Source of the DNA: Eledone cirrhosa
Lineage: Eukaryota
Assembly (NCBI GenBank): GCA_964016885.1
Contig: OZ024756.1
Span: 36,022,001 to 36,086,000, forward strand
Direction: 5' to 3'
Length of the DNA stretch: 64,000 nt
Shown here piece by piece: positions 1 to 12,182 of this stretch. The translations under genes were made by a program, and so were the position numbers. A model generated the notes under the pieces. The model did no database searches, had not been told where the DNA came from, and saw nothing but the letters and a program-made list of their open reading frames with translations. Position 1 is the first letter of the stretch. Each line of letters opens with the position of its first letter.

Positions 1-1570
1 GCTTACTCTTATGATACCATCATGTATTACCTGATTGACTATATGGGTGACTATCTCAATTCTTATTTCTGAGTGATTATCACTGACAACAGTCCAGCTG
101 TTTTTCCATTTCTTGTTTCCCTGTATACTTCTTTGACCCTATAACTGTCATCTTCGATAGCTGGACCCTCTGTTATGTCAACTAGGGATAATTCCTCTTC
201 CATTTATTCTCTAGATTCATCAACCCCTTATAATGACATCTCCAAGCCTCTTTCTTCTGGGCGCCAGTAAGGCTAAGTGCACCAGAGTCACTCTGAATTG
301 AATACACTTTTCCCCAACATCCTAATTCACACTGACTACTTTGCTATATGGAACCTATGTCATATGACATTGACAAACCTCTTATTTTCAGCTATTTTAA
401 GTGCTATGTAAACCTATTAACTTCTCTTAAGTATTTTATATTGTTCCTTGCTGCCAGTGCCGGATTTAGGACAAATGAGGCCCTGTGCTAGTTACGTTAT
501 GAGGCCCTGTACTTGAAAAATATTTGAAAAATTCATCGTAAACATTTTTTGGGGTAGGAAGATGGGTCCCCTGGCCAACGGGGCCCTGTACACCTCGTCA
601 CAATGGTAAATCCAGCACTGCTTACTGCCCCAATTTTTCCATGCCTATCTCTTAGCTTTAACGGCTTAGTCTACAGTACTGTTCTACCATCAAGTCGTCC
701 ATTGTTTAACTGATACTTTGCTCTAGCAACACATCTTGTCAATGGCCTGTAGTAAGTTGTCTCGTAGAAACTTCCAGTTGTCTTCTATATTATATATTAT
801 GTAGAGCTTTTCTAAACCTATATTTAACAGAGAAGTCTTTGAACTTCCATACCTTCCTTCTCCAGAATATCCTGTGTTTCTGATATCATCTAGTTCTTAT
901 TCTGATGTCAATGATAACTACCTTATGTTGTGGGGAGGGAGAATTTTTCACTAAGGTGTGGGGAAGACCTTACCATTCATAACCATATGTCTATCCTGTT
1001 CTCTAATGGCTAGCATGTTCTTCTGATTGGAAGGTGATCAAGTGCCTGGCTGGTTTCTTCAAGTTAGTCTTGCAAATAGGTCATTTGCATCACTGAATTT
1101 TAGAAGCATTGATCCCTCTTCGTTTCTTTGAACCATAACCATAGCCATCATGTGTTTCAAAGTAACCATCCTGGTGTTGACCAACATGTCCACTGACATC
1201 ACCAGCCAGATTGATGGAAGTTTACTGTTGTCAAGGTTGTTTGTCTGTAAGAGTTCTTCATAGAATCATTTTTTTTGTTTTCTATTTATTCCTGATTGTG
1301 GTGCATAAATAGAGATAACTGTTGTCATTCTATTCCCTAAGACCATTCCGATTTTGATAATTCTGTCATTTACTCTAATTACTTGAATTACCTTATCTAT
1401 CCACTTTCCATCTAGTAGCATGTCTGCTTCTTCACCTAGCCATCAAAAGTTTATATATTTGCTGTTTGTCTCTGAGGAGTTTGTTTGAGGCTCCCTTTCA
1501 TCTCACTTCTTGGACACAGCACCCATCTACCCATCTTCTCGTCTACTCTCAAGCATCTCCACAATTTCTT
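1..1570 (-). mobile_element. Decayed RTE-clade LINE fragment (APE endonuclease domain and linker), runs off window start
   Basis: Manual minus-strand translation gives ...KWIDKVIQVIRVNDRIIKIGMVLGNRMTTVISIYAPQSG... (~1290-1420) and ...GDVSGHVGQHQDGYFETHDGYGYGS.RNEEGSMLLKFSDANDL...KKPARHLITFQS (~1025-1205), typical of RTE AP-endonucleases. Frameshifts and stops present. Confidence 0.8.
455..620. mobile_element. Non-autonomous hAT-type DNA transposon (MITE) inserted in the RTE fragment
   Basis: TIRs CAGTGCCGGATTTA...TAAATCCAGCACTG; 8-bp flanking duplication cttgctgc (447-454) / cttactgc (621-628). Confidence 0.85.
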
Positions 1571-1850
1571 CTGATCTATATTAATTTCTGCATTGCTCCT
1601 CCTCAGGAGTGGCAGCCCTGAGATGTGTCATCTGACAGTGGTGGTTGGTTCATCTATTTGTAGCATCTTTCTGTGTCTGCAATCACTTGATGATAATTGC
1701 AGGGTTCTCACACATAGCTAGGTTAACCACCCTACCGAAATACTGGGGCTGATTTAACTGACTGTTTACAGCCTCAAAATGTATGGCTTGGTAAAGGAGT
1801 TTTTAGTGTTGGACAAAATGCCTTGTGGTGTCTTGGTTCAGATTTTTACA

Positions 1851-2070
1851 TTCATCATCATCATCATCATCATCATTTTACACCAGCTTTTCCCTGCTTG
1901 CAAGGGTGGGACAGGTTCTATTCAGCACAGCATCTCTCCACTTGTCACGGTCCTTCGTCGTCTCCTCCATGAGCTTCAGTGATCTGAGGTCTGCTCTCAC
2001 CACCTCCACCCATGTTTTTCGTGCTCTTCTTCTACTGCGTCTTCCTTCTATTAGGATTTCTTGGCACATT
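1851..2070 (-). mobile_element. RTE LINE 3' end with (GAT)n tail
   Basis: Minus ORF ...RRARKTWVEVVRADLRSLKLMEETTKDRDKWRDAV resembles the RTE C-terminus, followed on the minus strand by CCCACCCTTGCAAGCAGGGAAAAG...(GAT)n. Confidence 0.75.
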
Positions 2071-2074
2071 CTGA

Positions 2075-3152
2075 CTTCAAATCCCATCGAAGTTAAGTTT
2101 GTTATTCTTCCTTCTGGGGTCAATAAAATAAAGAGCTATCAAGAATTGGGAGTCAGTATAACTGTTTCTCTCTCCCACAAAATTCTTCACCTGTGTTAGA
2201 TATTATTCAGGTAGTGATTGGTAGAATTGTTAGTGTCAGACAAAATTCTTTGTTACATAAATTATGGTTCCTTATATTCTGAGGTCAACTTAGCGTTTCG
2301 TCTTTCCAGGGCCGATAAAATAAAGTACCAGTCAAGCACTGGGGTCGATTTAATCGACTTTCTCTCCCCCAAAATTGCTGGCCTTGTGCCTAAATTAGAA
2401 ACCATTATTAAGTAAAAATCCTGCTGAGGTTAACTTTGCCTTTCATCCTTACGGGGGTCGATAAAATAAAGTACCAGTAACGTACTGGGGTCGATTTAAT
2501 CGACTTTCCCTCCCCCAAAATTGTTGGCCTTGTGCCTGAATCAGAAACCATTATTAAGTAAAAAAAATAAAATAAAATAAAAATTAAGGGTGGTGACTTG
2601 GCAGAGTTGTTAGAGTGTTGGACAAATACTTTGCAGTGTTTGTTCCAACTCTTTACATTCTGATTTTAAATCCTGCCGAGGAACAACTCTTGCCTTTCAG
2701 CTTTCTGGGGTCGATAGAATAAAATACCAGTAAAAAACCAGGGCTCGATATAATCAGCTTTTCCTCACTGCCCAATACCAGTAAAGAACTGGGGATCGAT
2801 ATAATCAGCTTTTCCCCACTCTCCAATACCAGTAAAGAACTGGGGTTGATATAATCAACCCCCCACCCCTTATGTCAACCCTTGTGGTTAATAAAGAAAG
2901 CATTATTATTATTATTATTATTATAAAAGGGCGGTAGATTGGCAGTATCGGTAGAGGGGGTGGACGCCATGCTTTGCAACACAGTTACGGCCCTTGCCAT
3001 TCTGAGTTCAAATCCCGCCGAGGTTAAACTTTGCCTTTCATCCTTATGGGGTCGATAAAATAAAGTACCAGTGACATAGTGGGGTCGATTTAATCGACTT
3101 CCCCCTCCCCCAGATTACTGGCCTTGTGCCTATATAAGAAATCATTATTATT
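2075..3152 (+). mobile_element. Cluster of about 5 tRNA-derived SINE copies (family A), partial and full
   Basis: Repeated core GAGGTTAACTTTGCCTTTCATCCTTACGGGGTCGATAAAATAAAGTACCAGT, A-box-like TGGCAGTATCGGTAGA, B-box-like GAGTTCAAATCC, (ATT)n tails. Best copy at 2928-3152. Confidence 0.85.
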
Positions 3153-3589
3153 AAGTAAAAAAAAACAACAAAGAAAAGTACAATAAAAGAAAAAAAAAAG
3201 AAAGTTTCCATAATTGAGTTAAAGAGTGTGATTATAGTCAATTGAGTCAGGATGTTGTCTCCCTCCCCCTGCTACCCCTTCTCCTTCCCTTTCTCTGTTA
3301 AAGGACTCACCTCTTCTGTTAAAGGATTCTCTCTCCTCCCCCTCTCCATCATTCAGTACCCCTTTCTCCTTCTCCAATGTTAAAGTACACCCCCTCCCCC
3401 ATCTATACACTCTCCTCTCTCCCATTCCCTTCATTCACCTCCTCCTCTCACTTCCCCTCCCCTTCTCTCTCCTCTGTTTAAAGGACTCCCTCCCTACTTC
3501 AGCTCCCCTTAGAATCAGCTATGTTTAGTAATCAGCAGCAGCAATTTCTGGGGGGTGGGGTGTTTACTGTCTTTTTCTCTCTATTACTA

Positions 3590-3970
3590 GTGATGATGAT
3601 GATGATGATGTCTGTGTAGGGGTAGTGTTGTTGTTGGTTATAGTGATGATGATGATGTCTGTGTAGGGGTAGTGTTGTTGTTGTTGGTTATAGTGATGAT
3701 GATGATGTCTGTGTAGGGGTAGTGTTGTTGTTGTTGGTTATAGTGATGATGATGATGGTTGTGGTAGTGTTTTTGTTATTATAGATGATGGTGCTGGTGT
3801 TGTTGTTTGTGATGGTGGTGGTGTTGTTTGTGATGGTGGTGGTGTTGTTTGTGATGGTGGTGGTGTTGTTTGTGATGGTGGTGGTGTTGTTTGTGATGGT
3901 GGTGGTGTTGTTTGTGATGGTGGTGGTGTTGTTTGTGATGGTGGTGGTGTTGTTTGCGTTGGTGGTGGTG
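3590..3970. repeat. Short tandem repeats (~44-bp unit x3-4, then 21-bp TGATGGTGGTGGTGTTGTTTG x8)
   Basis: Directly visible periodicity. Confidence 0.9.
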
Positions 3971-4142
3971 GAGTCATAGTTCAGTCTCTCTCTCTCTCTC
4001 TTTCTGTCTTTCTGTCTCTCTCCCTATCTCTCCCTATCTTTCTCTCTCTCCCTATTTTTCTGTCTCTCTCTCCCTATCTTTCTCTCTCTCTCTCTCTCCC
4101 TATCTTTCTCTCTCTCCCTATTTTTCTGTCTCTCTCTCCCTA

Positions 4143-4216
<74 letters not shown>

Positions 4217-4376
4217 TCTGACTCTCTCTCTCTCCCTATATTTCTCTCTCTCTCCCTATCTCTCTGTTCTCTCCTCCCACTACCACATTCACCCTACTAC
4301 TACTGTTGTTCTAAACAGCTATCCCCCTCTCCCTCTCTCTCACTACAACTGCTGTTGTCAGTCTACTCCTGACATT

Positions 4377-4463
4377 ATGGTAGACAACAGCTTACTACTG
4401 ACGGCTCCTTCTCTGCAACATCACCATTATGGAGCAATAGACTTTATAGAGCACACAAATCAG
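4377..4463 (+). CDS. Candidate first coding exon of the RhoGAP gene (MVDNSLLLTAPSLQHHHYGAIDFIEHTNQ)
   Basis: ATG at 4377, 29 open codons, CAG|GTATTT donor in phase 0, compatible with the phase-0 acceptor at 31983. Unique sequence embedded in CT microsatellite. No homology recognised. Confidence 0.5.
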
Positions 4464-4606
4464 GTATTTCTCCTTCATTCCTCCCTCTTGCCATCTCTCT
4501 ATCTCTTTGTCTTTATCTTACACTCTCTATATCTCCCTTTACACATCTCTCTCTCTCTCTACTATCTATCTATCGTCTCTCTCTCTACACCTTTGTCTAT
4601 CTGTCT

Positions 4607-4637
<31 letters not shown>

Positions 4638-4899
4638 GTCCACCTCTCCTGTCTCATGTAATAATACCTCATTACTTTTTTTTCATTGCCTCATGTTAAG
4701 GATTGCTTTGCTGTTGTTGTTTAACCCTAGGTCAACCCTAATTGAACAGACTCCCATGATCAACGATGGCATGCCAGCCATGGGCATCTGTCTTCTTTTG
4801 TTTTCAGACACAATATATCTAGGACTACAATATCATGTGTCCCCTATTTATGACAGGGGGGTGGGGTGGGGGTGTAAAGACTCTTTCATTGAGTTAGAT

Positions 4900-5490
4900 T
4901 GGTGGCGTTGGTGGTGGTGTTGTCATTGTGTGATGGTGTTGTTTTGTGGTGTTGTTGTTGTTTTGGGATGTATAGTGGTGTTGTGTGGCAGTGTTATTGT
5001 AATGTGCTGTTGTTATTGCGTGATGGTGTTGTGTGATGTAATGCGTTGTTGTGTAGTACTAGTGTGATGATGTTGGTTGTGATAGTGGTACTGGTTGGTG
5101 GTGTTGTGTGGTGGTGGTGTTGTGTGGTGATGGTGTTGTGTGGTGATGGTGTTGTGTGTTGGTGGTGTTGTGTGGTCATGGTGTTGTGTGGTGATGGTGT
5201 TGTGTGTTGGTGGTGTTGGTGTTGTGTGGTGATGGTGTTGTGTGTTGGTGGTATTGTGTGGTGATGGTGTTGTGTGTTGGTGGTGTTGTGTGTTGGTGGT
5301 GTTGTGTGGTGATGGTGTTGTGTGGTGATGGTGTTGTGTGTTGGTGGTGTTGTGTGGTCATGGTGTTGTGTGGTGGTGGTGGTGGTGTATGGTGTTATGT
5401 GGTGGTGGTGGTGATGGTGTTGTGTGGTGATGGTGTTGTGTGGTGGTGTTGTGTGGTGGTTGTGGTGTTGTGTGGTGGTGGTGTTGTGTT
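4900..5490. repeat. Low-complexity (GTT/GTG/GGT) repeat
   Basis: Directly visible. Confidence 0.9.
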
Positions 5491-5829
5491 GTAAAGATGT
5501 TGATAGTATGTAGTCTATTGTGGTTGTGTAAGTCCCAGGCCAGTCATGACCATCTCAATATTCTAGAGATGCCCATGGCCACATTATTCAGTGCACCCTA
5601 TTCTAAACTGATAGAGTGGGGAGTAGTATTTAAAGAAGATGTGGTTGCTATTTCTAGCAGGTTGAATAACCACTTAAAGGTCCCCATAATGGCTCGTGTA
5701 GAAATTATTGTGATGGTGTTGTGTGTTGTTGTTTCATCCTGTTCATAGCTCTAGATACTACAATATCCTACTATAAACTAGAAAACTTCTTACAAGAGAC
5801 ACTTTTACATTAGTATTATATTAAATAGT

Positions 5830-7230
5830 ACCAGTAACGTACTGAGGTCGATTTAATCGACTTTTCTCCCTCCACCCAAAATTGTTGGCCTTGTGTTTAA
5901 ATTAGAAACCATCATCATCATTATTATTATTATTATGGAAATCCCATTGAGGTCAACTTTACCTTACATCATTCCTTGGTCGATAAAAATAAAGTAACAG
6001 TCAAGTACTGGTGTCGATTTAATACCCCTCCTCAAATTACTGACCTTGTGCCTAAATTAGAAATCATTTTCATTATTATTATTGGCAGTATCGGTAGAGG
6101 GTCGGACGCCATGCTTTCCAGCATAGTTACGTCCCTTTACGATCTGAGTTCAAATCCCGCCGAGGTTGACTTTGCCTTTCATCCTTACGGGGTCGATAAA
6201 ATAAAGTACCAGTAATGCACTGGGTATTTGCTGGCCTTGTGCCTAAAGTAGAAACAATTATTTATTCAAAGGGCGGTGGATTGGCAGTATCGGTAGAGGG
6301 TTGGACGCCATGCTTTGATGCATAGAGTTACGACCCTTGCCATTCCGAGTTCAAATCCCGCCGAGGTAAACTTTGCCTTTCATCCTTACGGGGTCGATAA
6401 AATAAAGTACCAGTAATGTACTGGGTAATTGTGGCCTTGTGCCAAAAGTAGAAACAATTATTATTATTATTATTATTAAGGGTGGTGGATTGGCAATCTA
6501 GCGGTAGAGTGTCGGACACCATACTTTGCAGCATATATCTAGCTGTTCCGAGTTCAAATCCCACAGAGGTTAGCTTTACATTCCACGTTTACACGCTTGA
6601 TAAAATAGAGTACCAGTAATATATTGGGGGTTGATTTAATTGACTCGCCCCGCAATTGTTGACCTCATGCCTAAATCAGAAACAATTATTATTATTGTTG
6701 CAATCCTACCAAGATCCACTTTCCCTTTCATCCTGCCGAGGTTGATAAAATGAAGTACCAGTCATGTACTAGGGTCGATTTAATTAACTCTCCCTTCTCC
6801 TCCCATATTGTTGTCATATTCATTAGAATTTTATATAAAACACTTCACAGTATTTGTTTTGGTTGTCTGAGCTCTGAGTTCAAATCCTGTTGAGGCCAGG
6901 TTTACATTTCATCTTTCAATCAAAGTCAATATATAAAGTACCAGTTAAATACTGGGAACAATTTAATCGACTTTACCCTTCCCTTTAAAAAAAAACCCAT
7001 CTATGTCTTTGTGCCTTAATTCAACAAACAAACATTTGCAGTATTTATTGTGATTCTCTACAATCTGAGTTCAAATCCTGCCCAGGTCAACTTTGACCTT
7101 CTTCCATCCAGGGAAGGGAGGGTTTATAAAATAAAGTACTGGGTTGAATTCACATAGTTACCCCTCCCCTCAAACTTGCTGGCCTCATGCCATTTCTTTT
7201 TTAGAAACAATATAATAATAATTATTATTA
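5830..7230 (+). mobile_element. Head-to-tail cluster of about 8 family-A SINE copies of varying divergence
   Basis: Same core as 2928-3152; near-complete copies at ~6082-6265, 6271-6477 and 6480-6695. Confidence 0.85.
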
Positions 7231-7363
7231 TTATTGTTGTTGTTGTTGTTGTCATTGTTGTTTCCATTTAAATCCAGTATTTCAATATCCTGTAGTAAGC
7301 TATAAACATCTTAATCCATGTTGTTGTGGGTTTATATACTTATCTAGTCTCCGCATCCTATCA

Positions 7364-7408
<45 letters not shown>

Positions 7409-8067
7409 CACCTAACACATACACACACACTACATACACTCAAACACAAACACACGTTAATTTGGTTCAGATCTTATTGCACTCACTTGTTTTGTTAATG
7501 TTGTTGTTGGTGATGATGATGGTATTGTTGATGATGATGTATCCGTCTAAACCCATGCTAGCGTGGAAGATAGACGTTAAACGATGATGATGATATTGTT
7601 GATAATAGCGGTGTTTCCTTATAACATTCCAAATGTGTGTGTGTGTGTGGGGGGGGGGGGGTGTCTTTACGTATATGTTTGTGGTGAGTGTATGTAGAAA
7701 TGATTGTGTGGTGGTGGTGGTGGTGGTGGTGGTGGAGTCAGCATTGTTTGTTATTGTCTAAAAATAAATATGATCCACAAAATAACCCCCCAGATTAATA
7801 ATAAATATTCTCAAGAGAGTTCAGGAAAGAAAGGAAATAACAGGTCAAGCCCCCCCCCCCCCCAACCCACCACCATCCCAACGAACGTGGGAGTACAGAG
7901 GAGGCTCACCCGCCACTTGTCATAGCGGAACCGGGGAATACTTCCTATTTTGGACTGATGAAAAAAAAGTCTCCAACATTTTCCAAGAATCTTTTTGTGT
8001 TTGTGTTATAACTGACGATTGTTTCATCATGTTGATAGTTGTAACCCAGCAGATGCTACAATATTCT

Positions 8068-9904
8068 GTGGATTGGCAGTATTGGTAGAGGGTCTGATAC
8101 CATGTTAGGGTGGTGGATTGGCAGTATTGGTAGAGGGTCTGATACCATGTTAGGGTGGTGGACTGGCAGTATTGGTAGAGGGTCTGATACCATGTTAGGG
8201 TGGTGGACTGGCAGTATTGGTAGAGGGTCTGATACCATGTTAGGGTGGTGGACTGGCAGTATTGGTAGAGGGTCTGATACCATGTTAGGGTGGTGGATTG
8301 GCAGTATTGGTAGAGGGTCTGATACCATGTTAGGGTGGTGGATTGGCAGTATTGGTAGAGGGTCTGATACCATGTTAGGGTGGTGGATTGGCAGTATTGG
8401 TAGAGGGTCTGATACCATGTTAGGGTGGTGGACTGGCAGTATTGGTAGAGGGTCTGATACCATGTTAGGGTGGTGGATTGGCAGTATTGGTAGAGGGTCT
8501 GATACCATGTTAGGGTGGTGGATTGGCAGTATTGGTAGAGGGTCTGATACCATGTTAGGGTGGTGGACTGGCAGTATTGGTAGAGGGTCTGATACCATGT
8601 TAGGGTGGTGGATTGGCAGTATTGGTAGAGGGTCTGATACCATGTTAGGGTGGTGGATTGGCAGTATTGGTAGAGGGTCTGATACCATGTTAGGGTGGTG
8701 GACTGGCAGTATTGGTAGAGGGTCTGATACCATGTTAGGGTGGTGGATTGGCAGTATTGGTAGAGGGTCGGACACCATGTTAGGGTGGTGGACTGGCAGT
8801 ATTGGTAGAGGGTCGGACACCATGTTAGGGTGGTGGATTGGTTGTATTGGTAGAGGGTCTGATGCCATGTTAGGGTGGTGGACTGGCAGTATTGGTAGAG
8901 GGTCTGACGCCATGTTAGGGTGGTGGATTGGTAGTATTGGTAGAGGGTCTGATGCCATGTTAGGGTGGTGGACTGGCAGTATTGGTAGAGGGTCTGACGC
9001 CATGTTAGGGTGGTGGACTGGCAGTATTGGTAGAGGGTCTGACGCCATGTTAGGGTGGTGGATTGGCAGTATTGGTAGAGGGTCTGATGCCATGTTAGGG
9101 TGGTGGATTGGCAGTATTGGTAGAGGGTCTGATACCATGTTAGGGTGGTGGATTGGCAGTATTGGTAGAGGGTCTGATACCATGTTAGGGTGGTGGATTG
9201 GCAGTATTGGTAGAGGGTCTGATACCATGTTAGGGTGGTGGATTGGCAGTATTGGTAGAGGGTCTGATACCATGTTAGGGTGGTGGACTGGCAGTATTGG
9301 TAGAGGGTCTGATGCCATGTTAGGGTGGTGGATTGGCAGTATTGGTAGAGGGTCTGATGCCATGTTAGGGTGGTGGATTGGTAGTATTAGTAGAGGGTCT
9401 GATGCCATGTTAGGGTGGTGGATTGGCAGTATTGGTAGAGGGTCTGATACCATGTTAGGGTGGTGGATTGGCAGTATTGGTAGAGGGTCTGATACCATGT
9501 TAGGGTGGTGGATTGGCAGTATTGGTAGAGGGTCTGATGCCATGTTAGGGTGGTGGACTGGCAGTATTGGTAGAGGGTCTGATGCCATGTTAGGGTGGTG
9601 GACTGGCAGTATTGGTAGAGGGTCTGATGCCATGTTAGGGTGGTGGATTGGCAGTATTGGTAGAGGGTCTGACGCCATGTTAGGGTGGTGGATTGGCAGT
9701 ATTGGTAGAGGGTCTGATACCATGTTAGGGTGGTGGATTGGCAGTATTGGTAGAGGGTCTGACGCCATGTTAGGGTGGTGGATTGGCAGTATTGGTAGAG
9801 GGTCTGATACCATGTTAGGGTGGTGGATTGGCAGTATTGGTAGAGGGTCGGATGCCATGTTAGGGTGGTGGATTGGTAGTATTGGTAGAGGGTCGGATGC
9901 CATG
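8068..9904 (+). repeat. 45-bp minisatellite (~41 units) made from the 5' head of the family-A SINE
   Basis: Unit TTAGGGTGGTGGATTGGCAGTATTGGTAGAGGGTCTGATACCATG matches SINE head GGGCGGTGGATTGGCAGTATCGGTAGAGGGTCGGACGCCATG; the last unit continues into the SINE body at 9905. Confidence 0.95.
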
Positions 9905-10030
9905 CTTTGCAGTTACGGCTCTTTGTGGTTTGAGTTTAAATCCCGCCGCTGAGGTTAACTTTGCCGTTTATCCTTACGGGGGTCGATAAAATAAAGAACC
10001 AGTAATGCACTGGGGTAATTGCTGGCTCTG
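9860..10030 (+). mobile_element. Family-A SINE whose head is the last unit of the minisatellite
   Basis: ...GCCATGCTTTGCAGTTACGGC...GAGGTTAACTTTGCC...GTGCCAAAAGTAGAAA. Confidence 0.85.
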
Positions 10031-10201
10031 TGCCAAAAGTAGAAATAATTATAAACTATAAAACTTCTTACAAGAGACACTTTTACATTATTCTTATATA
10101 AAATAGTACCTGTAACGTACTGGGGTGAATTTAATCAACTTTTTTCTCTTCCCTTCAAATTGCTGGCCTTGTGCTTAAATCAGAAACCATTATCATTAAG
10201 T

Positions 10202-10377
10202 AGTGCGGTGGATTGGCAGAATCGGTAGAGGGTCGGACGCCATGCTTTGACGCATAGAGTTACGGCCCTTGCCACTCTGAGTTCAAATCCCGCCGAGGTT
10301 AACTAAAATAAAGTACCAGTAATGTACTGATTTATTGTTGACCTTGTGCCAAAAGTAGAAACAATTATTATTATTAT
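10202..10377 (+). mobile_element. Family-A SINE (internal deletion)
   Basis: Head, B box and tail present; part of the core is missing. Confidence 0.8.
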
Positions 10378-10431
10378 GGAAATCCCATTGAGTCAACTTT
10401 GCCTTGGATCTTTCCTTGGTCAATAAAATAA

Positions 10432-10618
10432 TTGTTTCTACTTTTGGCACAAGGCCAGCAATTACCCAGTGTATTACTGGTACTTTATTATATCGACTCC
10501 GTAAGGATGAACGGCAAAGTTAACCTCGGCGGGATTTGAACTCAGAATGGCAAGGGCCGTAACTCTATGCATCAAAGCATGGTGTCCAACCCTCTACCGA
10601 TACTGCCAATTCACCGCA
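10432..10618 (-). mobile_element. Full-length family-A SINE with 18-bp TSD
   Basis: Reverse complement of the consensus; flanked by CCTTGGTCAATAAAATAA at 10414-10431 and 10619-10636. Confidence 0.9.
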
Positions 10619-10971
10619 CCTTGGTCAATAAAATAAAGTAAGGTTTCCTACTTTGGATCGGGGATAAAAGTATCCAACATTTACCAAAGATTTTTTGTTT
10701 TATGGTATAACTGACTATTAATCAGATCTTCAACAACTTTTCATCATTTCCAATGACTTTTCTTAAAACTCTGGTCTTGAATCTTCCCTCCCTCATTCAG
10801 TAAGGGTCATTGTGGTTATTTTGATACTTCAAAGCACCTATCTACTATCTTAGGACTGCATGACTTATTCACTGGACTGTGAAACTGAGTAAATACACCT
10901 GATTTATTCACAACTATTTTAAAAATAATAACTTATGTGTATTTCTGACTGATAACATGACAAGTCAGTCA

Positions 10972-11210
10972 ATCATATTGGTGACCTCCCCACAGCCACG
11001 GCAGATAGAATGGAGAAGGCGTTTCCCCAGATGACGGCAAGGGAGACGCACTGGAAAAGCCATTCCAGCTCGTGAGGTTCAGACTTGCGGCTGGCCAGCT
11101 CAGCGCCCATGGTGGTGGGTAGGGAGGTAGCCCTAGGGCCGAGGACACTAGAAGTCTCCACTGCAAAGGGTACAACCACAAACCTGTCGGAAAGCGACCA
11201 GTATTTGAAG
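10972..11210 (-). mobile_element. 3' fragment of a CRE-like (restriction-like endonuclease) non-LTR retrotransposon
   Basis: Minus translation KYWSLSDRFVVVPFAVETSSVLGPRA...ELEWLFQCVSLAVIWGNAFSILS matches my recollection of the KY..L....FVPFAVET.G.WG...QR.SLA.QRGNA.SIL C-terminal REL motif. GC-rich relative to the flanks. Confidence 0.7.
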
Positions 11211-11639
11211 AGAAACTGTGAAACTCATGTTGGGAGGTCTTCTTGTGGACTTTAAGTTAAAGTCTTTCTCAAGTACAGAAGTTGATCAGGTCAGAGCTTA
11301 TCTTGGCTTCACTGGTGTGTGGTTGGTGGTCAGTGGTTAGTGTGATTGGTGGTTGGTATGGTCAGTATTATTGGTGGACATTATGGTTGGTGGTCAGGGT
11401 AGTTGATGGTCCCTATGATTGATGATCAGTAAGGTTGGGTGTAAGTATGGTTGGTGGTCGGTAGTCAGTATGGTTGGTCAGTATTGTCGGTGGTCATTAT
11501 AGATGGTTGGTTGGTTGGTATGGTCGGTGGTCAGTATGATTGGTCAACAGTTAATATAACCTATTGTTAAACAGTAGGTGATGGCTTATGTTTTGTTACC
11601 CAGGGGATTATTGGGTGATGTGGTGGTTATATATACACA

Positions 11640-12129
11640 CTACTACTACTGACAACACCACACCACACCACACCACACCACAACCACCACCACCACCACT
11701 ACACTACACTACAGACATCATCACCACTAATATATAGACCACACCACCAATTCTAGGACATCACCAACACCACACTACAAAATAGACAACACCACCGCTA
11801 CAACATAGACACCACCACCACCACCACAACATAGACACCACCACCACCACAACATAGACACCACCACCACCACAACATAGACACCACCACCACCACATAG
11901 ACACCACCACCACCACAACATAGACACCACCACCACCACTGCCACCACCACCACCACATAGACACCACCACCACCACCACAACATAGACAACACCACCAC
12001 CACCACCACTGCCACCACCACCACCACTGCCACCACCACCACCACTGCAAGTGTTAATACCATTAACTGCCCCAACCAAAATATCATCCATATAATATTG
12101 TATTTCACATATCTTATCACAGTGGTGTG

Positions 12130-12182
<53 letters not shown>

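Noticed and set aside
7941-8000. CTTCCTATTTTGGACTGATGAAAA resembling the hammerhead 5' half of element 4
   Set aside because: No GAAA, stem III or stem I partner follows, and the paralogous stretch at ~10645 lacks CTGATGA.
8068-9904. CRISPR-like array or interstitial telomere (TTAGGG once per unit)
   Set aside because: No unique spacers, eukaryotic context; TTAGGG is a single hexamer at the unit junction, not a tandem telomeric tract.
8056-9952. 615/616-aa ORFs on both strands
   Set aside because: They are translations of a 45-bp SINE-derived minisatellite; open only because the unit length is a multiple of 3 and lacks stops.
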